Positions 23,929 through 37,228 of a stretch of DNA of 64,000 nt are shown here, one piece after another; the first letter of the stretch is position 1, and every line of letters begins with the position of its first letter. Origin of the DNA: Curvularia clavata (taxonomy: Eukaryota); contig CP089276.1 in assembly GCA_023920165.1 (NCBI GenBank), positions 4,464,001 through 4,528,000 of the forward strand, read 5' to 3'. Both the position numbers and the translations under genes were made by a program. Under the pieces are notes generated by a model. It was not told where the DNA came from. It did not search any database and worked only from the letters and a program-made list of their open reading frames with translations.

Positions 23929-26900
23929 CGGCGGCGAGTGAGAATGCACCATTAAAGACCGTGTTTTGATTGGTTTTTACCGAATTTATGTCGCCTAACG
24001 AGCTTACATACACGGATGAAAGGGATGAAAGGGTTGGGCTGATAGGACGCCTTGCCCAGCCTGGGTGGCCAGTCCGTTGTATCATGATTTTGGTGCACCC
24101 GCCACAAAGATCTATACTAAGATGGCGCTCCATTGGCTTGTTTCTTGGAAAACGCGCTAAACTCCACTGACTTCTGACTTGTTTCCCTGCCAATCTACTT
24201 TGAGCGCCACCAATACCAAGCTACCCTTCTAAAAATGCTACCGGACTCGAACCATAGTTTCAGGCATGACATGTGTAGAATAGGTACGCGACGATCAAAT
24301 CTCTCTTCGTCAAGCTTTGGCCGCGTGCTTTTCCCCGACAAGGCGTCATCCAGATCCCAAGCATTGAAGGTTGCAAGCTGTTCCTTTTGGTGGCAGTAAG
24401 GACGTCGGCGTGGCGAGCCAAAGTTCTCGCAGCAGCGAGGCAGCTCACATGTGCATCCCATATATCACATGATCCGACCAGAATTCTGCTCAAGGCAAAA
24501 TCGTATTTTCCGTCCTAGACGTCGGACCCTGGCAAGGGGCTGAGAGAATGTTCATTTGCATATGCTCAATTGATGATTGTGACTATGTCAGAGTTATCAA
24601 AAGACATTGCGCCAATCGTGCTGTATTCTGCTCCACGATGTTGTGGGCCGTCCAATCATTACCAATTCCATTTCCAAACTATTACTCTAAGCCAAACAAT
24701 GTGTCTTGCACCGACAACGTTTCCGACCCGAGCGAGCACCCAGTGCGAATGGGATGTTTGCCGTTTTCAAGTTGGTTACCCATAGCGATTAGCAGGACGT
24801 AACTCTTGAAGAGAAAACTTTTGGAAATCGTTGAACCAAGTGGATTTGCATATCCTTTCCCACTGTGAGCAATACTATATGTCGTTTTGTTTTACACCAT
24901 GCTTTTATGTGTGGCCGAGCGAGATGAACTTCTGGCAAGATATGAGGTATTCGTGATGCACAGATTGCTCATATCGGGTGTATTGGTTCATATGGGTGTG
25001 AGAGAAGAATACATACATGTCTTATCTCTTCTGTCTTGTTAAAAATGGCATGAAGGCTACTTATTATAGGTGAAGTACCTATCCAACGCGACACGTTTGT
25101 CCACCTAATCAACAGGCTTGACCCCCTTATGAAAACCTCCCGGAAGGCATGCGAACGGGTGAAACCGAGAGCTTACAGTGGTTACACACAGCCTGAGCAT
25201 GCCTATTCTAATTAAATTGTTGACTGATTACTATCCAATGCGACATGCCGATGTGGCTGCACATATTTCAACGTCCTTCATGAACATCTTCTATGCTTCA
25301 TGATGCTTTCCAAGTCTTGAATATTTAGATTATATAAAAAGCATCACGCTAATAACCGTAGAAAAAAGCTAGGATGAAGACATCAGGCAAGTGTTCAATC
25401 CAAGATTGAAACTCTTAGATCAAACTTTGTCATGCATGGACAATGTGACATTCCATGTATGTCGAGATCGTAGCTTCAGATACTACCCTATCAAGAAGCA
25501 TATATTGCAAGGTCAGGTCACACACCAACAGGAGCTAGCCGCCTCATGCTGAGTTTCCACAGAGATGCACACTCAAGCTCCCTCACGCAGTAGCGAACGA
25601 GCTTTAACCAACAAGTCCCATAATAATTTATTCCTGCATAAACAGACCACTACGTCTTCGAGTCTCGAGGAAAAAAACTGTTTGGCCGGGGCTCAACACA
25701 CTTCATTGAGGATGCACATCTATAGCTGATGTGAAACACGGGTATTTTGCAGATTTTCCAGAAGAGGGCAATGGCTACTAGTCTCGTGCTAGTTGCTCCT
25801 CACCACAAGGAGTTGCTGAGACCTGTTTGATTGCTTCTCTAAGTAAGCAGACTTGTCATTTACGTAATAGCTTTAGAGGTTAACAGAGCAAAGTCCAAGC
25901 CTTTGCGAATGCGTAGGCACATGTTGGGACAGGGCTTTGCTTTTGTCTGGGGGGCTGGGGAAAATTGCTCAAGCAAGTTTGTTGTTCTTGGTTGTTTTGC
26001 TTGTGCGCAAAGAACTCCGCCATGTTCTTCTTTTTTTTGTCGAAAAGGGTAACTGGGACGACCCTATTCAGTTGGCGATGATATTTGGTGAGGGAAAAGA
26101 ATTTTGATTTTCTGCTATGTTACCACAGATTGACTAACTTTACTCAACCAATCCTCAAGTAATAGCCCTACATAGTTCATTTGATAAAAGCGCTGGGCAG
26201 ATGATGTGGAGAGAATGGTGGATCGTATAGTTCAGATATCATAAAGAGTATAACATCATTTCTGGAACCAGTCTTGACGGATATGCCTTTTTCTGTATGA
26301 ACCTAAATATACACATGTCATAATGCTTAATCAAATCACGGTAATATATGATCATAAGATCGAAGATACTGAAATTGAAGACAGAATACATCAGCCTTTC
26401 TGCTGAAGCCTTGCGTAACCTTGGACGCTTGTGCTTGATCAGCGTGTTTTCATTGTGGCTGAAGACACTGCTGAAATATATATCAAGGGCATTACAAAAA
26501 GCATGATTCGAGAGTGCAGGTCCTGCGCCTCAGATACGAGAATAGAACTCCCATCCCTAGAGATTTTGGGTTATTGAACAAAACACCATACCGACTGACA
26601 GACTTCCCAGTGATTGTAAGGAGGACACTGGTACTGCTAAAAAAAACTGAAACAACCCATCACCAACTGTAACCAATCAGCTTTCCAGAACCCCCAACAG
26701 GATAATTTAGGAGACATCTAGTCTCAAGCATACAGTGTAGGGCCATAGTGTTGGCAGTTGTAAACAAAAGAATGCTGATCTGATTGACCAAAGGATCTCA
26801 CGCCATCGTAGACCGCGGATCTCATTGATAGAAGTAATGGCCTTGTTAATGAGGTGCATCATACGATTTATCTATGGCCTAGGTATATGGCAGGCTAAGT

Positions 26901-27127
26901 TAACAGTAATCAAGCTGTAGCAGGTGTATTATAGAAAAATCTTTCTTCACAGGCAAGAGTTTTTACCAAAGGCAGCGGATATCACAGACGAGGTTTTCAG
27001 ATGGGGAGTGCGTTTGATATAGAATAGAGAAAAGGCTAAATCGATAAAGATCTCGCCCTTCTTGTATTTACAAATTACGATATTACCAACATACAGCTAC
27101 TAGGGGTTTGATATGGCTGATACCTTC

Positions 27128-29234
27128 TTAGACCTGAGTCTTCTTTGCATCCGCAATGATGACATCAGATGCCTTTTCGGAGATCATGTAGATAGGCAGA
27201 GCAATAAAAGTACCAGGAATCTTAGGGAAGGCAGAAGCATCGACGACACGGAGACCCTCAATTCCGCGAACCTTGAAGTTGGAGTCAAGAACGGCTTGTT
27301 CGTCGTCGTCGGCGCCAATGGGGCATGTGCAAGAAGCGTGGTGGCCCCAAGCCTGGTACTTGGCAAAAGTCTTCCAGTCCTCGGTAGTCTGGACCGACTT
27401 GCCAGGCCAGACTTCCTCAAACTTGCCATCGAGAGGGATAAGATCCTCAAAGGCCCTGCGACCATATTCCAGTCCCTCGACGAGAGCGTTCAGATCTTCG
27501 TTTCCACCAACGGCGAAGTTGCGCTTGCGAATCTCAGGCATGTCCTGAGGATCAGCGCTGCGGAGGGTGACCGTACCAGCGTTGTTGCGGGATTCCGCCT
27601 TGAGGACAAGCCAGGTCCAGTGGTTCTGGCCAGCGGTAGCATTCTTGAAGAAGTCGGGGTAGTAACCGTTGAAGTATGCAGGCCAACCAGCGATGAACAA
27701 ATCAGCGTTGCCGTGGATGGAGTTGCTAGCCCTCTTGGTGATGGCAAGGGCAACACCGTTCGTAGCATAAACACCCTTGCCAATGCCAAGAGGAAGCTTT
27801 TCCCACTTCTCCAGGCACTTGTCGTAACCCTCGAGGAAAGTGCAGCCGTTGAGGAGAGAGATCTTGGTTGGGGACTGACCGGTAACTGGGACTTCGTAAC
27901 GGTCCTGGAGGTTCGTGCCAACACCTGGGAGATCCTTGACTACCTCAATGCCAAACTGCTCAAGTTCCTCCTTTGGTCCAACACCAGAGAGCTTCAAGAT
28001 CTGGGGCGTATTGAAGGTACCAGCAGACAGGATGACCTCGCGGGTGGCAGTGACAGCGCCCTTGGTACCCTTGCCAGTAGCTTGTCCAGACTGGCGTCTA
28101 GGGTCTGCGCCGTAGAGGGACCTTCCAGTCAAAAAGTTCACACCAGTGGCCTTGGTCTTGCCATCCTCGGTCTGGTTAAATCTCACATTGGTGACGAGGG
28201 TGTTGAGCTGAATGTCGAGGTGGTACTTGCGGCTTCCATCAGAGTTCTTTGCGTCGAGGACTTGGCGGAGAAAATCGACTGGACCGGCGCGCTTGTAGTC
28301 AGGGATGTTCATTGCGAGAGGAACTTGCCACATGCCCTCTGCCCAGTCGCGGTTCGGGCTGGGGTTGTTGATATCGCGGAGCAGGACCTGAGCGAGACCA
28401 GTGACCGTAGTGAGCAGTGATGAAAGCAGGGACTTGCCCATACCACTGGCGGCAGCCAGGACCAGTGAGACGACCTTGAGATCTTGAACAATCAGAGTCA
28501 AATCAGTCAGCGACGTTTCGAGCCAGCCAGAGAATCCATGGCCAGCAATGCTGCTGGGCAGATAACGATTCCTTTCTAGGCGCTTGAAGTAGTTGCGCAT
28601 GTTTTCTGGCGCCCAGGAATCGTCACCAGTAAGGTCCTGGATAGTTTTCCAGTCACTGCCATATGGGTATGTAGTGATAAGGGCGTTGTGTGCAGTGCAG
28701 CCACCGAGAGATCCCACACGAGGATACAAAATGCCCAGAGGTTTGGCGCCAGCAGGGGGGTTGGCGCCTGTGTAACGAGAGCCATCAGGCAGTGTGTATG
28801 TGAGCTTGGTGTCCCGCTTCATCTCTGCCTCGTCGTCAAAGTGCTTGACAAAGAAATCCCACCTCATGGGCTCGTACTCGGCCGCGACCGCGTGCAAGGC
28901 TGGGACGTTGTACTGAGTAGTATTGGTTTGGTCGTCACCAGCCTCAAGCAGAAGCACCTTGTAGCCAGCAAGAGCCAGCCTGGCTGCGAGGGGTGAACCA
29001 CCAGCACCCGAGCCAACGACGACATACTCGTAGTCTTCCAACGTAGTTGTGTCAGTGACGTTGGTAGCACGTTTTACGTTGGCTCCGACATAGGGAGTGT
29101 GTTGTGCACCATCACTGTTCTTTCCGTCAGCAAGTGTAGTTGAGGTAAGCAGGGATAGATGAAGCATACATGATGCGGGCGGTCGCAAAAGAGTTGATTA
29201 AGGAGAGGACAGCAAAAGCCTTGAGAACAATCAT
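27128..29234 (-). CDS. secreted GMC oxidoreductase (CAZy AA3-like); short intron after codon 21
   Basis: Signal peptide MIVLKAFAVLSLINSFATA. Motifs VVVGSGAGG, YPRVGSLGGCTAHN, AGTFNTPQILKLSGVG, VGTNLQD, WGHHASCT and GLRVVDAS. Confidence 0.93.
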
Positions 29235-30639
29235 GTTGGCGGTATTTTTACGTGAATATTAACTACAAACGAGTGACTGGGGAAAAACGAGTGTTAAAAT
29301 GCACACAACGGTGGCGAAAAAGCGTGTCGGGAATGTAGAAAGAGGCAACCCCCATCGCGATTTATTCTAGCGTGCGGTGAGCTTCCGCAGGACACCATCA
29401 CCCTTCGGAAGTAGGTGTTGTTAAAACGTGATTAGGATCACCCGTTAGCTACCCCTTCTGCTATGAAGCTTTGTGGATAGGGCGGTCTCTAACCAAAGAT
29501 GTTCATTTTCGCCTACCCAAACCTAGTTAAAGTGTAGGCATTCCGCACTAGGGCGTTAGGGAGGCACTGGGGTGGGATACTCCCCACTTCGGGTTGCAGC
29601 CCTAGCGGCATCTGTAGACGCAAGGCCACGAGTCAGTGCAGCCAAAAATTTCAGAGTCGAGAAATGGGGCCAGATGCTAGACCACTTTGCCTCTAGCCAA
29701 GACACTCGGGGACCACGCGTCAAACGCGCTGAGATTCGGGCCGCTCTCAACGTTGATGGAGAACTTGCCGTCCCGGGGGCAATGACTCGCGAGCATGTGT
29801 ACATAGAAAGTCGATCAAGCGCATGTACAGGCTAAATAGGAGGCATCTTGAAGGAAAGAGATTACGCTCAAATTTGATTGCTTAGATTCTAGCAGCATCG
29901 TACAACTCATTTCAGGTGCATACAGCAGACAGGGTGGCATCTTGCAAGGGTGAATGGGTGTCATCACGTGGGTAAGCAGTTGGAACAGCACACTGATTGG
30001 TCGGAACACGTGCCGTCCGCCGACCCCACCGCTCATCACGAAGGCCAGGTCCCAGCGTACTCGAGGACCGTTTCTCACGTGGAGGAGATACGCAAGCTTC
30101 ATGCCTGCACCCACCTTTCATGTCGGCTCATCCACTGACGAGACTAGCCATACGGATGTTTTCGTCGTGCTAAGCGGATGGTTTCAGGGGCTAGCTCCCG
30201 GGGAATGAAGGCTTCTAGGGCTACTCGTATCCAGTAAGGTGCACGACTGGTAGGCCCTGCCTGTTGGAACATGCGCACAGGTGATTGTGCAAGCCTGTTT
30301 TTTTGTCGATGCTACGCTATCATGGTGACCCATTGCTCGGAGAATCTCGTAACCCTGGCTGAGAACAATTCATGCCGTTCCACGATGTCGGAGAGTTGAT
30401 CCTTGGCTGTCCAGTTGAAGAACTCCGGTGGTATGGGAATTGCCGTGCCAATTCACACTCAACAACTTTTCTGTGCAAGTCAAGCGGGAGAGGCTATCGG
30501 AGATTTATAGTCTTCTAGTACCTCTGGGACCCTGATCATCAGCTTATCCTCCGACACTGCGCCAATCATTTTTTTTCTTATTTACACCAATTGGCTTTGT
30601 TACTCTGCGATTTATCAAGAATTATCTCATGACATCCTC

Positions 30640-32221
30640 ATGAAGTTTGGAAGCGTTCTAGTATGGCTTGCGGCCTTTACAGCCGGTGTTCAAGCACAAG
30701 GCGGACTGGCAGCTTTGGCAGAGCATATGCCTAAATGTTCGGTACGTATACCTCACAGCCAAATGTTTGGTATGGTGTCTAACCCATCAATGCAGCTGGC
30801 ATGTTTCATGGAAGCGATTCCCACATCTTCTTGCGCGACAGACCTTACGTCGGAATGCTTGTGCACCAACACTGCCCTGAATCTTGCTGTAGCGGCATGC
30901 GCGCAGAAAAACTGTACCGTATATGAGCTACTGCGTAGGATGACCTAAATTTTCATGAATGTTCTGTCCAGAGACTGACTGCGGCAACAGAAACTAAGAA
31001 CGTTAGCAACAAGGGCTGTGGAGTCCCAGACCGCTACAGCGGCGACAAATTCATCATTGGTGGCATCGTCGGATGTGCCATAGCTGTAATATCCTTTGTC
31101 CTCAGAATGGCGGCTAGCATTGGCAGAAACGGCCGCCAGGTGTCGTGGGACGATGCTACCATGCTAATCGTTCTGGGACTTGCTATCCCTCCCACCATCT
31201 TCATCCGTAACTGTAAGAATTATATCTCTTATGGTTGCTGACTTCACTTACTGATTGCCGGCTAGTGATCGATAACGGCCTTGGTCGAGATATCTGGACG
31301 TTGAAGGACTATCAAATCAGCAATGTCCTCAGGTACTATTTCTACGGAGAGGTCTTCTACGTCACAGCACTCGGCATCTCCAAGATCTCGATTCTCTTCT
31401 TCTACCTACGCGTCTTCCCAGACAAACAGTTCAAGACCATCACCTACACTGTAATGGGTATATCCGCCGCTTACACTATTGCGTTCTTCTTCGCAACTCT
31501 CTTCCAATGTTCGCCTATCAGCATGGCTTGGAACCAATGGGACAAGCTTCACAAAGGCACATGCAACGACATTCATCTCCAGGGTTGGATCGCAGCCGCT
31601 ATCAATATCCTCCTGGATGCGATTGTAATGATTCTCCCAATGAAACATCTGGCCGGACTGAACATGAGCATCAAGAAGAAAATCATGGTCATGTCCATGT
31701 TTGGAGTTGGTATATTCGTCATTGTCGTGTCAGCTGTCCGCCTATATTCCCTGATCCATTTCGCCAATACGGAAAACATTACCTGGAACTACGTTGACGC
31801 TGGACTATGGAGTCTGATCGAGATTGACGTCTCCATTGTCTGCGGATGCATGCCGGCCCACCGATTTCTGATTGGCAAGCTGTGGCCCAAGATGAAGACA
31901 AGTGTCAGATCAAGCAAGAACAACTCATCCAAAGGCACCACTAACACAACTTCCTCGAGTACCCCCGGCAAGATTGGCCGAGTCTCAATAAAAGGAATCA
32001 ACAGAGATGACAGCTTTATCCCGTTGTCTGATATCGACACGAACAGTGATCGTGCCCATCTGACCAAAGCAGCGGAGCCGCACTCTGGCAAAGAATCCAG
32101 CACCTGGGTCACACAAACAAACGAAGTCGATGTTGATCACAGCAACGCGTCATTGGGAGGCCAAAATAACGACCGTCCACAAGATTGGAACTGGCCAATG
32201 ACGGGAAAAGAGCATGTTTGA
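30640..32221 (+). CDS. CFEM-domain Pth11-like 7TM receptor (fungal rhodopsin domain); 3 introns
   Basis: Signal peptide, then CFEM (PKCS-LAC…SSC…ECLCTN…ACAQKNC…GC), then WDD, GLGRDIW, KISILFFYLRVF, FQCSP, RLYSL and WSLIEIDVSIVCGCMP. Confidence 0.93.
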
Positions 32222-33787
32222 GGTGTTTGGTCTTTTGTTCTTGTTTTCACGATATCCTATCATGGCATACACCCTGGGCGGTGCACTGTGTCTGAAATTG
32301 ATGGTAGAACTTAGAATTACGCGGGCGGCCGTCAACCTTTCCTTGTCTTCTTCCGAAAAAGTAATTTATAGTCCACGTAACTTTCACCACTACGTTATGT
32401 AAATCAAAAATGTCTTTTCCTCATCCCTTGCACACGAAAACGCGTCCATCCCCCATCTGCCCTTGAAAGACAAGACATCGGCGTCATGACGCCTTGGTCG
32501 GCGAGGATGATCATAGCATGACAAAGCCTTGGACCCAGAATGTCCGTCTTACCTCGCGCCTAACTCGGTTGTCATTCGCGAAAACGCGGAGGCATGGTAC
32601 GGACAATCCGTGCAAACCCTGGGACCATGTATGATGCCAATGACACGAACCTGTGTACTGAGTACAGTTAGTGTGTATACAGGGTTCCAAGGCTTGGGGG
32701 TCACCGCCGCTTTCTGGGTCATCCCTGCTACTCGATCGCCGCCTGAGTTTCCTAATTGTGTGCGTCATCGTGGGATACGTACATGGGGAGGGGATGCCAC
32801 ATACGTATGGACGTACATACGTATTTCGCGGCACGGGTCAAGGGGCAAACAAGGGGTATCTCCACCAACATTCCCAAATGCTGCTTTTGAACATCCAAAT
32901 CACTGTTGCGCATCCAGATTCGGGATCCAAAATTGCGCTACGGCAGTTGGCTGCGACCGCTGCGGTCAGTGCGTTCGGCATCTGGGTTGTTTGCATCCGG
33001 GTGGAAATGGACTTGGCACTCAGGTCGGTGCTTCCAGATTCTCCCCCTCTCTTTGGTTGCTCTTTTACGGAAATCTGGAGGCTGATCTGTTTCAAAATAT
33101 ATCCGAGCGCAAGCCCCCGAGACGGCTGGTCGGGTTGAGGCGCTTAATCGGGGTGACAGGCGGGTTCAGTGGGGATGTCTAGAGATACCGGGCCGTTTAC
33201 TCGATGCTTGGACACATTTGGTTTGTTGTGTGTAACTGTGGATCTGCTACGACTTTCCCTTTGCAAAGAGCGCATTAAATGAAGTCTGATCTACCATGTA
33301 CAAACATGCAATTCCAACCGAATCCGTGGTCTTTGCCTTGTTTCACCGCGTCATAGGGTAGATCGCCTTTCCTTCTAGGCACCCCATCGTGTCCACTACT
33401 AACGAAAACGGCCCGAAGCCCGTAGAATTATCCTCTTTATGCATAAGTTCGCTCAACGCTTCGCTCCACGCTGCTGGAAAATGTGGAAATGAAGATAGCC
33501 TCAAAAATTCTCCTGATCTCCCATGCAGTCTACTGTTTTTGTTGTTAGACAACACCGACACAACGGAGTCTCTGACTAGTTCATGCCCAGTAAATGTCAC
33601 TCGGATCCAAAGCTTGCACTGTGCCCCACATGACCTTTCACCCCCTTGTATCCTTGCAGTCAGACGTCTACCCGCTAATTCCATGTCTTTCAGTGGTTGA
33701 CAGCAGATGCCATGAACTCCTCTTACTTTCCTTAACTCCTGAAGTCCGTTCACATCATATTATTTGTTCCAACTCTAGTCGTTCATT

Positions 33788-35274
33788 ATGAAACTCTCAC
33801 TTGCAGTGCTTTCGCTCTCCTTGGGCAGCAGTCTTGTCGATGCCTTTCCTGCTCTTGACCATCACGCCCTTCGTGGCCTTACACCCGAAAAGCTAAACGC
33901 AGCCATTCGCTCAGTGGAAGACTACCAGAAGACCAAGCGATTCATCATCGATGTCACAAAGCCCATTGATGTCTCTGGAAAACACGCTTTCCAGGCTCCC
34001 AAATCCACCGACCAGCGCGGACCTTGTCCTGGACTGAATGCTCTGGCAAACCATGGCTACATTTCTCGCACTGGAATCACCAGCTACGCAGAGGTGGTTA
34101 CAGCTATCAATCAAGGTCTGTGTCGCAATCGCCTATTGGCAGGGAAGCATTAATTCTGACGTTCTGGAATTATAGTCATGGGTATGGGTATAGAACTGTC
34201 ACTTATTCTAGGAATTATGGGTACAGTGTGGACGGGCAACCCACTATCTTTGAATCCTGGGTTCTCTATTGGAGGTCCACCTACTGGACTTGCTGGACAA
34301 AATCTTTTGGGAAACCTCATAGGGCTTCTTGGTATGTCAAAATTTTGAATTGGATTGTGCTGCACCAGCATACTTACATATCGCTAGGTAAGCCTCGAGG
34401 CCTTGCAGGCGCACACAACTGGATTGAAGCGGATGCATCGCTCACGCGCAATGACTTCTATCTCACGGGGGATGCCTGGACCATGAACATGACTTTGTTC
34501 CGTGACTTCTACGACCGCGCCGATGAGAACGGTGTCCTTTCCATGGATCTACTCGCTGACCAAGCTGCTCGCCGCTGGGAGGACAGTGTTGCCATTAATC
34601 CCGACTTTTACTATGGCCCCGTCACCGGCATGATTGCTCGTAACGCTGGTATTCTCTTCCTTGGACGTCTCCTTTCCAACCATACAGCCGAGCACCCCGA
34701 TGGTATTCTCACTCAAGACGTCTTCCGCAGCTTCTTTGCTGTCTTCAAGAAGGATGATGGAACTCTTGAGTATCGCAAGGGCCATGAAACAATTCCTCAG
34801 AACTGGTACCGCAAACCAATCGAATATGGACTTATCCCACTCAACTTGGACATTATCAGCTGGATCCTGAAGCACCCCGTTTTAGGCAGGTATGTAACTT
34901 TGTTCTCTACATTTTTATGATACGTGCTAAATTTTACCCCTAGTATTGGCGGAAACACTGGCAAAGTAAATTCATTCACTGGTGTCGATTTGCACAACGT
35001 TACTGGCGGTGTACTCAATGCGGTCACCCTGCTGGAAAAGAACAACCTCCTTTGCTTCGTATTCGAAGTGCTCAAAACCTTCCTACCCAACTCACTTTCC
35101 GGCATACTCTCTACATTGGATGTTCCGATCCAGATGGTAACTGACACGCTCTCGGCGCCGATTTTGAGTTTGGCCTGTCCCGCATGGAGGGATTTGACCG
35201 AGGGCGGTGAGCCGCTGTGGGATGCTCTCCAACAGACCTTTTCTGGCGCAGCCAAGGCTGGATCAAGTCTCTAG
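33788..35274 (+). CDS. secreted heme-thiolate peroxidase / unspecific peroxygenase (long type); 3 introns
   Basis: Signal peptide, RGPCPGLNALANHG (proximal Cys motif), HNWIEADASLTRND, and SIGGNTGKVNSF. Confidence 0.93.
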
Positions 35275-37228
35275 TCTGATGGGTGGGTAGAACAACAAGT
35301 GCAAACTACAAGTTAATAATACATACATAATAAGTCTTCAACTTATGAAGCAACACTCTCTACAATCATTGTTCATAGATACTCTGGCTAGACCTATTAT
35401 CGTACTTGAAGCCAATGTCAAGAATCTTCAATACATAATGCCCAGAATCTCCAACTTGCCCGAATCCTTTGTGCGAAGATCAACAATCCGCAGTACTCCG
35501 GCGTGCGGTGCGCCGAGACAAAAGGTTCCGCCGCGGTGGCGCGGCCCATAGGCTACTTGTACGTCTTAAGCGGTCTCGGTTGATCAAGTGCCCTTAATGG
35601 CATGCACAGCATCAGATCCAAGTTGCAGATCACACATTCCAGTTCGGTTCTCTCCCGTGCTCACATCATCCGGCAGCTTGCCTGCGTTTCGAAGGGGAAA
35701 AGGGTGATTGTCGGGTCAGCCGGTATGTGCCGCTTTCAATAAGGTCTCTTGTTCCCGCGATGGCCATGACGGAGGACTTGAGTGCGGGGGTCACCAGGTG
35801 AGACAATACTTGTTGCATGTACATGTGTGTAAGTTTTTTAATTTACATCCATGGCAATACTTTGCTGCATGAAAAGATGGCCAGTAGCTGGGGTTGAGTT
35901 ACTCACTGTGGGCAGACAGGGCATTGAGTGGTCCGGGAAAAACGGCCGGGACTTTCAATACTTTTAGGCCTACCTGATCGTCGTTGTTGTTACCACAAAC
36001 ATGGGCATTTTATCTATCAAGACTGCGTTTGCTTCCCCGCCCGCAACGATTGGCTTGTGCCTCACCGTATATCTGTAACCTTCCGCTTACGCCGCCTTAT
36101 TCCCAAGCCATCTTCTCTAGCTTTGTGCCTCGCCCTGAGTTTTGTACAAGGAAAAAATGTTGCAAGGCATACTCCCTTGTATCTCGCCACTTCATGGATA
36201 CTTGACACTATGAGCTTGATCGAGAAATATGCCAGACGAGGGGTACATACAATTTACAGTCTCTTTTTTTTATAGAGTCTATGGAATGACTAAATAATAG
36301 AAGTTATCTTTAGATAGAATATTTCCACACTGGGAGCATACATTGCCCTGTATAAAAACTCCCAGTCACATGAACAGCCTTTTTCAAGAGGTTTATTGTA
36401 TACATGAATGAGGTACAGCAGCCATACTTCTAGTGCAAGTCTATACCCTGATACTGTTGGCGATGTTGACGATACCTTCAACTATTTCTCAAATGGAACA
36501 TGCAATCAGTTGAACAAGTGCCTTATAATAATGAAGTCATTCACTTCAATTCTACTGAGCATACAATTCTTGCATTACCGCCTGCTCCAGTCACCCCCCA
36601 TAGCTGTTTTTCCTCATACTCGAGACGTTGTTTTCCTTTTTTTCTCTAGTTTTTTAACTACTAGATTGCCTACGGCGATTAAGACTTCCAAGTTCCTCTA
36701 AAACAACAGCCGACCATCTTCCAGGCTGTCAGCAATTGAAAATAAAGAGAGAAAAACTTGACATATTTAACGAAAACCAAAAGCATTGGAATTAGAGAAC
36801 AAATCAATCATCAGAGAAGGTAATGATAGCGAATGAGAGATGCTGTTACATGGGAGGTAAAGTCGAGAACAGAAAAAGTGAAGATAGCCATTTACATTAA
36901 ACACACAGTGGAATCGTCGAGGCAAATTCACTAACTTACATTTGATAGATCTTTCTGTTTCAAAACTTACGCTTAGAGAAGGAACAAAGTTCCAGAATAT
37001 ACAGGGAAGTGTAATTAGAAACCGTGCAAAGTGACGACTTAATGGCAGGGACAAACTGAATTGCAGTAACGAAGATGATTGATTGCAACATGTACATCTT
37101 CAAAAGCAAGAGTCGTTACGACTACTTCATGTCTCGGAGCTCCAACAAAAGCCTGTAATTGCTTTTTCTCCTTCTAAGAAACAAAACCAAACACCTAGAT
37201 AAAAATGCAGGAAATAAATCTATCACGT

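Noticed and set aside
24803..27112. 2.3-kb ORF-free stretch, possible decayed gene or transposon
   Set aside because: No terminal repeats, transposase or RT motifs could be recognised by eye.
27113..28420. 435-aa ORF on the + strand
   Set aside because: It lies almost entirely antisense to the GMC oxidoreductase and is best explained as a codon-bias shadow. No motifs.
32480..32493. 14-bp palindrome GGCGTCATGACGCC
   Set aside because: A few palindromes of this length are expected by chance in 64 kb, and there is no other support.
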